A stretch of 32,000 bases of DNA, taken from Nostoc punctiforme PCC 73102. Lineage in GTDB: Bacteria > Cyanobacteriota > Cyanobacteriia > Cyanobacteriales > Nostocaceae. The DNA is taken from assembly GCF_000020025.1 (NCBI RefSeq), contig NC_010628.1:4500001-4532000 (forward strand), in the 5' to 3' direction. Positions 9,327 through 18,051 of the stretch are shown piece after piece (position 1 is the first letter of the stretch; the number at the start of each line of letters is the position of its first letter). The notes beneath the pieces were generated by a model, which worked only from the letters and a program-made list of their open reading frames with translations, was not told the origin of the DNA and did not search any database. The translations under genes were made by a program, and so were the position numbers.

Positions 9327-9813
9327 AGCTGCTGGTACGGTGAGGAAGATATCCTGTAACTCTCTCTCTACGCTGTCTTAGCACCCTGACGATCCATTTA
9401 TGGATAAATCGTCTACTTGGTTGATTAGGCTGTAACTTCGGTTAGAAATATATCAGCCCATATCATCAATTTGGATGGAATTTAGAAAAAGGTAAACGGA
9501 CGAATGTAACTTCTGTTGCGATCGCCGCGGCCATTTTTTAGAAAAAATAGCTACATTGTGTGCATCTACATTCTAAGATATGTCTAAAAAAAGTAGTTCA
9601 AATAAAATATAATCACTTAAAAACTCGAAAAATTTTGTAAAAAAAATTCTATGATTGAGTCACGTCAAATGTTTCAGGATACAAAAATATTGTCAAGCCT
9701 TGTTTGTAGCTTTTTTAGGAAAGGGCTGGCTGCCATTCATACAAGGTAGGCTACATTGATTTCCAAAACATAATGGTGTGATAAAATTCATGCTGAATTG
9801 GAGCCGATGAGTA

Positions 9814-11187
9814 ATGACTATAGATGAAGTAGTATTGCTACTAAAAGCCAGTCAAGCAACAGGTTTAACAACGCTCCAAGAGATTATATTGCGTTCTTCA
9901 TGGGAAGGAAAAACTTACACGAATATTGCCTGTGAAGCTCACTACGGCGAGGAACGTGTCAGAAAAATTGCTGCTCATTTATGGCAAGTAATGAGTGATT
10001 TTTGTAAAGAACCGATAAATAAATCTAACTTCCGCCAGACTGTAGAAAATCACCGTCTTAGCAAAGCACATCAGCAATTAATTAAGGAATTCAACAAAGT
10101 AGCTACGGCTATATCTTTAGAATTTCCTAGTGGCCCAGTATCCCTTAATTCCAGATTCTACATCCCTCGCCCGCCAATTGAGGAAATTGCCTACGCAGAA
10201 ATAGCTAAACCTGGCTGTCTCATCTGCATCCAAGCGCCCAAGAAGATGGGGAAAAGCTCTCTGATTTTACAGTTGCTTGCACGCGCTAACAATCAAGGCT
10301 TTCGCACCGTGACGTTAGATTTTCAGCAAGCAGATAAAGTAATATTTACTAGTTTGGATAAATTTTTGCGCTGGTTCTGTGCTAATGTCAGCCGAGAGTT
10401 ACAGTTAGAACCAAAACTCAATGATTATTGGGATGAAGATATGGGTAGCAAAGTAAGTTGCTCTATCTATTTTCAACATTATTTACTATCTGCGCTGGAA
10501 ACTCCCCTTGTGCTGGTATTGAATGAGGTGGATTGGGTATTTGAATATCAGGAAATTGCTGGAGAATTGTTACCGTTAGTGCGATCGTGGTATGAACGAG
10601 CCAAAGGGTTAGAAATTTGGCAAAAACTTCGCCTGATTCTGGTTTATTCAACGGAAATTCTTGTTCCTATAAAACTAACTCAATCACCATTTAATATTGG
10701 TTTGCCGATTAAGTTACCTCCCTTTACAAAAGAGCAGGTACAGGATTTAGCACTACGTCACGGCTTGGATTGGACAAATGGTAAAATCGAGAGTTTGATG
10801 GCAATGGTAGGAGGATATCCTTATTTGGCGCGATTAGCTTTTTATCACCTGGTGGGTAAAGGGGGACTAGAACGAGATTTAGAAAAGCTATTGCAAGAAG
10901 CACCCACAGAAGCAGGAATTTATCACGAGTATTTAAAGCAATATGTGTTAGCACTACGAGATGAATCAGCATTGCAAGATGCTTTTCATGAAGTAATTAA
11001 CGCTACAAATTATGTGAAATTAGAGCCAGTATTGGCATATAAATTACAAAGTATGGGGCTAATTAATTTAGAAGGCGATCGCAGTACTCCTGCCTGTGAA
11101 TTATATCGTTTATATTTCCGACAATATTTGAAGACAAGCGAGCATTTCAATAACGGCTGTTTTAACTGTGAGTTTAGGCATGGCTAG
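9814..11187 (+). CDS. HTH (LuxR/sigma-70 region 4-like) + AAA_35-type (STAND-like) NTPase, function unknown
   Basis: The N-terminal ~70 aa follow an HTH pattern (LTTLQEIILRSSWEGKTYTNIACEAHYGEERVRKIAAHLWQVMS). Walker A is APKKMGKSS and the Walker B-like motif is LVLVLNEVD. It is a paralogue of 19747..21132, with long identical strings such as SLDKFLRWFC and MGSKVSC. Confidence 0.8.
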   Translation: MTIDEVVLLLKASQATGLTTLQEIILRSSWEGKTYTNIACEAHYGEERVRKIAAHLWQVMSDFCKEPINKSNFRQTVENHRLSKAHQQLIKEFNKVATAISLEFPSGPVSLNSRFYIPRPPIEEIAYAEIAKPGCLICIQAPKKMGKSSLILQLLARANNQGFRTVTLDFQQADKVIFTSLDKFLRWFCANVSRELQLEPKLNDYWDEDMGSKVSCSIYFQHYLLSALETPLVLVLNEVDWVFEYQEIAGELLPLVRSWYERAKGLEIWQKLRLILVYSTEILVPIKLTQSPFNIGLPIKLPPFTKEQVQDLALRHGLDWTNGKIESLMAMVGGYPYLARLAFYHLVGKGGLERDLEKLLQEAPTEAGIYHEYLKQYVLALRDESALQDAFHEVINATNYVKLEPVLAYKLQSMGLINLEGDRSTPACELYRLYFRQYLKTSEHFNNGCFNCEFRHG

Positions 11188-11223
11188 CGTTATTTCTGCG
11201 AGAGTAACTTCAGGAGTGCAAAG

Positions 11224-13272
11224 CTACAACAACTCTGTGATGGAAAATAGCCGCTGTCGGTCTATTTTCTGAAGCTTGATTTTTTCGGCATAGAAAGCTT
11301 GATAATAAGATTGATAACGCTCTGGTTCAGCTTCTGGATCGGTTTGTTGCCATAGTTCCAAAAAGTGGCGATAGCGTTTTTCCAGCATCACCAAATCCAT
11401 GCAAGCGATCGCAGCTTGAACTACTTGCGGAGTCCGAAGTATTTCTTTTTGGTTTTTTTCATTTACATGGAATAAATGGGAAATTAACCCCATCTCGCTG
11501 CTAAATTCTAAAAAATGGTCTTGCAAGCGGGAGATTAAATCTGGTTGAGACGCATTAGCGAAGCGGGGCGAAGCCCAATTTCTCGTCTCTCCATCACTGG
11601 ATGAGATTTCTAAAATCTGTTGCCATAAAAATCGGTGGTGGGAAAGGCTAAATTGCAAATCTCGCTCCTCTAGTTCGGCAATAATCGCTTGACGTTGTTC
11701 GGGACAATGCAAATAAATTCGTAGTAATAAGGCTTCTGCGTGTTCTAAAAGACTGCGTTCTGTAGGAAGTGGGGATTGAGAAACTTTACTACTTCCCCAT
11801 GCTTGCTTCGCTGATACAGGCTTAGTGTATGCAGCCGCAGCCGGAGCAATTTGAGTTAGTAGATTTTCGACTCGCAGAGGTATAAGTCTGGTATCTCCCA
11901 AGCTGAGTATTTCTGCACAGTAGGAAACGTAATAATTTCGTGTATCGCTGTTAGCTATTTTTTTAAGTAATTTGACTAATTGCTGAGTTACTTGCTGAAA
12001 ATCAGTAGCCTGTTTCAAGTCCCGGTCTTGAATAATTTGCTTAATCTGCCAGTCTAACCAAAGTGGAGCGGTTTCCAAAAGTTCTTTCCGCTCAGACGGA
12101 GATAATTCATCTATACGAAATCGAAATTTTTCTAGGGTGGACAGCCTTTTAATTGGAGCAGCTAAAGCTTGATACTCTTCTGGATTATGCGTGTTCAGAA
12201 ATTCATCAGCATCTTTGCCATTGGGTAAATTAAGAATCTTTAGCTGAACTTCGCCTTTGTATGCCAGTTCAGCTATTTCACCAATTGCCCTTTCAGTTGC
12301 ATTGGTTCCGGCTTTATCGGCATCAAAGTTTAGTACTAATTGTTTTGATTCGGTGTAGCGTAATACTAGCCGAACTTGTTCTAAGCTTAAGGCTGTACCG
12401 AGGGAAGCAACGGCGTTATTAATCCCAGCAGCGTGGAGAGCGATCGCATCAAAATATCCCTCTACCACTACTGCTTGATCTAGTTGGGAAATCCCGCCCT
12501 TGGCTTGATCGAGGGCAAATAATGTTTTACCTTTGCTAAAAAGTTCCGTTTCTGGTGAATTCAGATATTTCGGTTGTTCATCTGTGAGAGTTCTGCCACC
12601 AAAGGCAATGACGCGCCCTTGAACATCGCGGATGGGAATCATCAAGCGATCGCGAAATACATCATAATAACCGCCTCCTTCCTTGCGCGGCTTAATCAAT
12701 CCCGCTTTTTCTAGGATTTGCGCTGGGTAATGTTTATCTTCCACTAGATAACGATAAAGAGTTTCCCAACCTGCGGGGGCATAACCTAAGCCAAATTGCT
12801 GGATAGTTTCTTCTTTGAGTTGGCGGTTAGATTGCAAATATTGAAGCGCCTTTTGCCCTTGGGATTGTCTTAGGGCGTGTTGATAAAATTGGGCGGACGT
12901 TGCCAGAACTTCATACAACTGCTCACGCAAGGATAGTTGACGCTGCAATTCTTGGCGTTGTTCGGGTTCGAGGGTTTGTACAGGTACTTGGTAACGCCGT
13001 GCTAAATCCAGCACCACATCAGCAAAAGAGCGCTTTCCCAACTCCATCACAAACTTAATGGCATTTCCTCCAGCTTGACAGCCGAAGCAATAGTACATTT
13101 GCTTAGTCTGGCTGACGGTGAAACTAGGAGATTTCTCGTCATGGAAGGGGCACAAACCGACAAAATCCTTTCCACGTTTGCGTAAAACTACGTATTCCGA
13201 AACGACATCTACAATATCGGCCCGTAGTTTAACTTCCTCAATTGTATCTGGGTGCAAGCGGGGGATTTGCAT
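11224..13272 (-). CDS. dnaG: DNA primase DnaG
   Basis: CHC2 zinc finger (CPFHDEKSPSFTV...YYCFGCQAGGN), an RNA polymerase core, a TOPRIM domain (VVVEGYFDAIALHAAG) and a C-terminal helicase-interaction region. Confidence 0.95.
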   Translation of the reverse strand: MQIPRLHPDTIEEVKLRADIVDVVSEYVVLRKRGKDFVGLCPFHDEKSPSFTVSQTKQMYYCFGCQAGGNAIKFVMELGKRSFADVVLDLARRYQVPVQTLEPEQRQELQRQLSLREQLYEVLATSAQFYQHALRQSQGQKALQYLQSNRQLKEETIQQFGLGYAPAGWETLYRYLVEDKHYPAQILEKAGLIKPRKEGGGYYDVFRDRLMIPIRDVQGRVIAFGGRTLTDEQPKYLNSPETELFSKGKTLFALDQAKGGISQLDQAVVVEGYFDAIALHAAGINNAVASLGTALSLEQVRLVLRYTESKQLVLNFDADKAGTNATERAIGEIAELAYKGEVQLKILNLPNGKDADEFLNTHNPEEYQALAAPIKRLSTLEKFRFRIDELSPSERKELLETAPLWLDWQIKQIIQDRDLKQATDFQQVTQQLVKLLKKIANSDTRNYYVSYCAEILSLGDTRLIPLRVENLLTQIAPAAAAYTKPVSAKQAWGSSKVSQSPLPTERSLLEHAEALLLRIYLHCPEQRQAIIAELEERDLQFSLSHHRFLWQQILEISSSDGETRNWASPRFANASQPDLISRLQDHFLEFSSEMGLISHLFHVNEKNQKEILRTPQVVQAAIACMDLVMLEKRYRHFLELWQQTDPEAEPERYQSYYQAFYAEKIKLQKIDRQRLFSITELL

Positions 13273-13413
13273 TCTAGTCTATTTGTTAAGTCATGAGTTG
13301 GTAGTTAACACTGCGGTGGGTTTACCAACTGATAGCTATTATATTCTTGTTGCTAGACCAAGAATGATCTATACAATTGCTTACATTTAATTTTATCAGA
13401 GGAAATACTGAAA

Positions 13414-14766
13414 ATGGGACGTATTTTTATATCAGCCGCTCATGGAGGCAGAGAAGCTGGAGGGATCGATTCAGGTGCGATCGCAGGTGGTACAACTGAA
13501 GCTAAAGAGATGATTCTGCTGCGGGATTTGATCGTCACCGAACTGAGGGCGCGGAATTTGGAAATTTTAGCAGTTCCCGATGACTTGAGTGCCGCCCAAA
13601 CCATCACCTGGATCAATTCTCGCGGCCGCCGGGGTGATGTTGCCTTAGAGATTAAATCTGATGCAGCTAACAGCCCTTCTGTGCGTGGGGCTAGCGTCTT
13701 TTATATTGCGAATAATAGCGATCGCAAAAGCAATGGTGAACAGTTGCTAGTGGGATTATTGCGCCGCGTCCCCCAATTACCAAATCGGGGAGTCAAGCCA
13801 GATACAGATAGTGGATTAGGTAGTTTAGCATTCTGTCGCCAGACAACGCTTCCAGCTTTGGCAATGCAAGTAGGCTTTCTCAGCAATCCAGAGGATCGGG
13901 CTTTGCTGCAAACTCGTCGCCGCGATTTTGCTTTAGGAATTGCTGATGGATTGGCAACTTGGAGCCGTGCGATCGATCCTACTCCTGGCACTCCAACCGA
14001 AGCAAATTATCCACCAATTAATATCAATATTAATGGACAAAATTACTCAGAGCAAGGAGTATTAGTTAATGGCAATGCTTACATCCCCATTGATTTAGTA
14101 GATCGGCTGCGAATTGATCTTTCAAAAGCAGCTAATGTTAATCGAATTACCTATCGCAAAATAGTTTATATTAAAGCAATAGAACTACGAGATTTTAATG
14201 TTGCGGTTAACTGGGACGCTGCAACTCGGACTGTAAGTTTGCGATCCAATTTGATCGTTTGCCCTGGTCAATTGGAACGAGTAATGTCTAACGGTAATAC
14301 TTCGGAAATACAGTTACAATTATTCCTCAGAAACAATAACGAAAGCGCTTTGGCCAAGTTTCCTGATATTCCCAAACTTTATCGAGAAGAAGCAGGGATA
14401 GAGGGAGTAAACTATGATATTGCTTTTTGCCAAATGTGTGTAGAAACTGGATTTTTACGCTTTGGCGGTGATATTAAACCCGAGCAAAATAACTTTGCAG
14501 GTTTAGGTGCGATCGGTGGCGGTTCAGAGGCTGCATCTTTTCCAAGCGCTAGAATTGGAGTGAGGGCACACGTCCAACATTTGAAAGCTTACGCCAGTTT
14601 AGAACCTTTGGTACAAGAAGTAGTAGATCCAAGGTTTCGCTTTGTCACACGTGGAATTGCAACATTAATCGATCAGCTATCAGGGCGATGGTCAGCAGAT
14701 TTAGATTATGGTGCAAGGATTTCAGCAATGCTTAAACGATTATATGAATCAGCAGGACTTCTTTGA
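13414..14766 (+). CDS. Multidomain peptidoglycan hydrolase: Amidase_3-like domain + Cu-amine-oxidase-N-like stalk + glucosaminidase domain
   Basis: The N-terminal Amidase_3 fold pattern is present (ISAAHGG ... RGASVFY ... GFLSNPED). The middle segment (NGQNYSEQGVLVNGNAYIPIDLV) resembles a copper amine oxidase N-terminal domain. The C-terminus (FCQMCVETGFLRFGG...NNFAGLGA) resembles a mannosyl-glycoprotein endo-beta-N-acetylglucosaminidase. Confidence 0.75.
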   Translation: MGRIFISAAHGGREAGGIDSGAIAGGTTEAKEMILLRDLIVTELRARNLEILAVPDDLSAAQTITWINSRGRRGDVALEIKSDAANSPSVRGASVFYIANNSDRKSNGEQLLVGLLRRVPQLPNRGVKPDTDSGLGSLAFCRQTTLPALAMQVGFLSNPEDRALLQTRRRDFALGIADGLATWSRAIDPTPGTPTEANYPPINININGQNYSEQGVLVNGNAYIPIDLVDRLRIDLSKAANVNRITYRKIVYIKAIELRDFNVAVNWDAATRTVSLRSNLIVCPGQLERVMSNGNTSEIQLQLFLRNNNESALAKFPDIPKLYREEAGIEGVNYDIAFCQMCVETGFLRFGGDIKPEQNNFAGLGAIGGGSEAASFPSARIGVRAHVQHLKAYASLEPLVQEVVDPRFRFVTRGIATLIDQLSGRWSADLDYGARISAMLKRLYESAGLL

Positions 14767-14821
14767 GTGTTGATTAAATAAACTTGCCCTAATTACTTGA
14801 ACCCTCTCTCCCTTTATGCCC

Positions 14822-14859
14822 TTTGCGGCAAGCTACAAAGCGTCTAGTGTAGCCGCAAA
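14822..14859. other. Hairpin between convergent genes (possible bidirectional terminator or repeat element)
   Basis: tttgcggc (14822..14829) pairs with gccgcaaa (14852..14859) across a 22-nt loop. There is no clean U-tract. Confidence 0.25.
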
Positions 14860-14897
14860 TTCTATTCGCTTTGAAAACATCCTTTAAAATTTAATTA

Positions 14898-17057
14898 TCA
14901 CTTCCGATTTTCCCGCCGCCACTTACCTCGTACTAAACGAATTTCATCAAAACTATAGCTTTCACCTAGTTGTTCTCGAATTGGAGTCAAAGAGATATCA
15001 CCAAGAACTTCTAAAACTTGCCAAATTTTTTGCTGATGTTCAAGAGATACTAACTGATTTAAATCTACAGGCTGATTTTTTTCAATTAAATCTGTCAGAT
15101 GACGAATAATTGTAGTTGGGCGAATGTTGCGTTTTTTGGCAATTTCATCAACACTTAAACCTTGTTTATGTAATTGGAATGTGACTATTTCTGTGTCGGA
15201 AGGTAAGCTAACAGAGGGTGTAAATTTAACTTGTGGTGGATCTATTAAACCTTTTTCTTGGCGATAGGCACGAATTTCTGTGAGGAATTTATCACCATAT
15301 TGGGAAAGTTTGTGGCTACCTACGCCCGAAAGTTTACCAAATTCCGTTAATGTTTTCGGTTGTACCTGTGCCATCACTTTCAAGGTAGAATCCTGAAAGA
15401 CAACGTAAGGTGGAACAGACTGTTCATCAGCTAGTTGTTTACGGAGCGATCGCAATCTCTGCATTAAAATTTCCGCCTCAGCAGCCTTCTCACTCCCTTC
15501 TTCCCATGTAATCTTCTGTGCTACAGGAACAGCAAGAGAAACTGTACGCTGTCGCCGCATCACTTCCCAACTCAGGGGGTTAAGTTTCAAAACAGAGTAA
15601 CCATCGCTAGTCTGTTCTACCAAACCTTGATGTAAAAGCGATCGCGCCAACATTCGCCATTCATCTACACTTTTATCTTTGCCAATACCATAAGTAGAAA
15701 GTTGATCGTGTTCGTTTTGGATAATTTTCTGGCTTTTTGCCCCCCGCAACACATCAATAATGTGCAGCATTCCAAATCTTTCTTTACAACGCGCCACACA
15801 AGATAAAAATTTCATGGCTTCAATTGTCCAGTCTTGCATTGGTTTGGGATAACGGCAATTATCACAGTTAGCACAATTGCCATCAAAACGTTCGCCAAAA
15901 TAACCTAGCTGAATTGTCCGCCGACAAACAGTACCTTGAGCATAGTCAATTACCTGACGCAGTTGTTGTTTAGCAATCAACTGTTCTTGAGGATCAGTTT
16001 TTTGATCGATACTCCATTCAATAGTTTTAATATCACTGAAACTAAAAAAAAGTGTACAACGTGAAGGTTCGCTATCCCTTCCTGCCCTTCCTGATTCTTG
16101 ATAATAACTTTCCAAATTACGCGGTAAATCAAAGTGAATTACTAACCGCACATCTGGTTTATTAATTCCCATCCCAAAGGCAATTGTTGCCACCATCACG
16201 CGCACATCATCCCGAATAAACCGAGTTTGATTGCTACTGCGTTCTTCATCACTTAAGCCGGCATGATAAGATAAGGCGGAAATTTTATCATTTTGCAATT
16301 TAAAGGTGAGTTCATCAACTTTTTTGCGCGTCAAGCAATAGATAATTGCTGAACCTTCATTCTCTCGAATAAGTTCTAATAATTCAGCATACGCAGACTT
16401 GGTTTTAGAACGAACTTCGTAGTAAAGATTTTGACGGTTAAAGCTAGCGATGTGGATACTGGGTTGCTTTAGCCCTAGTTGTTGAATGATATCAGCACGG
16501 ACGCGATCGGTGGCTGTGGCGGTGAGGGCGAGGGTAGGGACATCAGGATAGCGTTTCCGCAGAGATTTCATTTGCCGATATTCTGGGCGGAAGTCGTGTC
16601 CCCACTCGGAGACACAGTGGGCTTCGTCAATGGCAAAAGCCGCAATCCCAATTTTTTCTTTGACTAAATCGAGAAAGGGGAGAAATCTTTCACTCAAGAG
16701 ACGTTCTGGGGCGACGTAAAGCAATCTGACTTTACCACTGAGGATGGCTTCTTCCCGCGATCGCACCTTATAGGGATTCAGACTACTATTTAGAAATGTG
16801 GCGTTAATATTATTATTACGCAGTCCTTCCACTTGATCTTGCATCAAAGCAATTAATGGCGACACCACCACCGTTAAGCCTTTTTTAATTAATGCAGGTA
16901 ACTGAAAACACAGAGATTTTCCCCCACCCGTAGGCATGACAATTAATAAATCTCGATTTTGCAGCGCATCTTCGATAATTTGCCGTTGTCCGGGGCGGAA
17001 CCTATCGTAACCGAAGTGATATTTTAGCGCTTGTTCGAGATTGGGATACTGAAGCAT
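14898..17057 (-). CDS. recQ: ATP-dependent DNA helicase RecQ
   Basis: Motif I (PTGGGKS), DEAH (IDEAHCVSEWGHDFRP), a Zn-binding cysteine cluster (C...CANCDNC), RQC and HRDC regions and an extra C-terminal HTH-like tail. Confidence 0.95.
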   Translation of the reverse strand: MLQYPNLEQALKYHFGYDRFRPGQRQIIEDALQNRDLLIVMPTGGGKSLCFQLPALIKKGLTVVVSPLIALMQDQVEGLRNNNINATFLNSSLNPYKVRSREEAILSGKVRLLYVAPERLLSERFLPFLDLVKEKIGIAAFAIDEAHCVSEWGHDFRPEYRQMKSLRKRYPDVPTLALTATATDRVRADIIQQLGLKQPSIHIASFNRQNLYYEVRSKTKSAYAELLELIRENEGSAIIYCLTRKKVDELTFKLQNDKISALSYHAGLSDEERSSNQTRFIRDDVRVMVATIAFGMGINKPDVRLVIHFDLPRNLESYYQESGRAGRDSEPSRCTLFFSFSDIKTIEWSIDQKTDPQEQLIAKQQLRQVIDYAQGTVCRRTIQLGYFGERFDGNCANCDNCRYPKPMQDWTIEAMKFLSCVARCKERFGMLHIIDVLRGAKSQKIIQNEHDQLSTYGIGKDKSVDEWRMLARSLLHQGLVEQTSDGYSVLKLNPLSWEVMRRQRTVSLAVPVAQKITWEEGSEKAAEAEILMQRLRSLRKQLADEQSVPPYVVFQDSTLKVMAQVQPKTLTEFGKLSGVGSHKLSQYGDKFLTEIRAYRQEKGLIDPPQVKFTPSVSLPSDTEIVTFQLHKQGLSVDEIAKKRNIRPTTIIRHLTDLIEKNQPVDLNQLVSLEHQQKIWQVLEVLGDISLTPIREQLGESYSFDEIRLVRGKWRRENRK

Positions 17058-17214
17058 AGCGATCGCTTTTTCGGGGGCTGTCTGCGTGAGTAGTTTTGAA
17101 GATATCAGGATTTTAACTTACATCATCGGCAGTGTTGGTCAGACCTGTGTTTATCTACGATACTTACGGTGAGCTTTACTGCGGAACGCTGTGCGAACGC
17201 TAACGCACTAACGT

Positions 17215-17239
17215 CGTAGGCGCACGCCGCAGGCATCGC
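17215..17239 (+). repeat. Degenerate copy of the dispersed cgtaggcg...ggcatcgc repeat
   Basis: The sequence cgtaggcgcacgccgcaggcatcgc matches both ends of the 28-nt family. It lies in the recQ/higB spacer. Confidence 0.45.
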
Positions 17240-17301
17240 ACTATTACCCTAGCGTTCGGCTCAATCAATGCTATGATAAGCACAAATTTCTCACTTTAGG
17301 G

Positions 17302-17601
17302 ATGCACGTAATCAGCAAAGTGAAATTGCGGGAATTCTGGGTTCAACACGCTGATTCTGAAGATGCTCTCAATGACTGGTACAAGTTTGCATCTATTGCG
17401 AACTGGTCTAATTTGGTAGATGTTCAGAAAAGATATCCGAAAGCAGAAGCGGTTGGTAACTTTACAGTGTTTAACATCAAAGGTAATAACTATCGTTTGA
17501 TTGTAGATATTAGATATTCCAGCCAGACAATTTTTATTAAATACGTTCTTACCCATCCTGAATACGATAAGGAAAGGTGGAAAGATGATCCCTACTTCTA
17601 G
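17302..17601 (+). CDS. higB: Type II toxin HigB (RelE-fold mRNA interferase, E. coli K-12 HigB type)
   Basis: 99 aa. The pattern MH.I....L..F......ED.L..W......W.....V...YP......N..VFNI.GN.YRL......S....I..VLTH.EYD parallels E. coli HigB. Toxin-first gene order. Confidence 0.85.
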   Translation: MHVISKVKLREFWVQHADSEDALNDWYKFASIANWSNLVDVQKRYPKAEAVGNFTVFNIKGNNYRLIVDIRYSSQTIFIKYVLTHPEYDKERWKDDPYF

Positions 17602-18013
17602 TCAACAAACCTATACTGATTTACTGATTCAGTATCAGCCTAAACCAATTAAAACAGAAGAGGAGTATAACAGAGCCTTAACAGCAGTAGAGGGGATGAT
17701 GTCTGGTGAGTTAGCAGAGGCTGAAACTGCGCTTTTTGAGTTGCTGGTTCTTCTGATTGAAAATTACGAGGAACATCATTACTCGATGGGTAAATCAAAA
17801 CCTGTGGCTACTTTAGAATCCCTGATGCATGAGTTTGATGTAGAACTAACTTCTTTAGTCGAAATTTTTGGTTCTGTTAAGATTGTTAAGGAAGTGGTTA
17901 ATGGTCAACGGAAAGTTACCCAATCTGAAGCTAAGTCCCTAGCTAAGTTTTTTAATGAGCATTATTCTGGGCTTTCCCTAACGGATCTTGACTTTGGGCA
18001 GCGAGAAAATTGA
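17585..18013 (+). CDS. higA: Type II antitoxin HigA (HTH/XRE-type)
   Basis: It overlaps higB by 17 nt and has an aaggtgg SD-like motif upstream of the ATG. The N-terminal pattern (EEEYNRALTAVEGMM...ELLVLLIENYE) and the C-terminal XRE-like HTH (LTSLVEIFGSVKIVKEVVNGQRKVTQSEAKSLAKFF) fit HigA. Confidence 0.8.
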   Translation: MIPTSSQQTYTDLLIQYQPKPIKTEEEYNRALTAVEGMMSGELAEAETALFELLVLLIENYEEHHYSMGKSKPVATLESLMHEFDVELTSLVEIFGSVKIVKEVVNGQRKVTQSEAKSLAKFFNEHYSGLSLTDLDFGQREN

Positions 18014-18051
18014 AGATTATATTTTTACACATTTGGGATACTCTCAATTAG

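Noticed and set aside
9356-9371. GTA...TAC palindrome as an NtcA binding site
   Set aside because: Counting the bases gives GTA-N10-TAC, not the GTA-N8-TAC spacing required by the NtcA consensus.
11540-11580. gcgaagc-ggg-gcgaagc duplication inside dnaG (encoding ...WASPRFANAS...) as another in-frame repeat insertion
   Set aside because: It is too short and too weakly similar to the other repeat families to call without an orthologue alignment.
13118-13390. 90-aa ORF overlapping the dnaG 5' end and the dnaG/hydrolase spacer
   Set aside because: It is antisense to the conserved primase zinc-finger region and has no motifs.
17296-17556. 86-aa ORF antisense to higB, and the 61-aa ORF at 17988..18173
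   Set aside because: Both are shadow ORFs overlapping well-supported genes (higB; higA and the NTPase 3' end).
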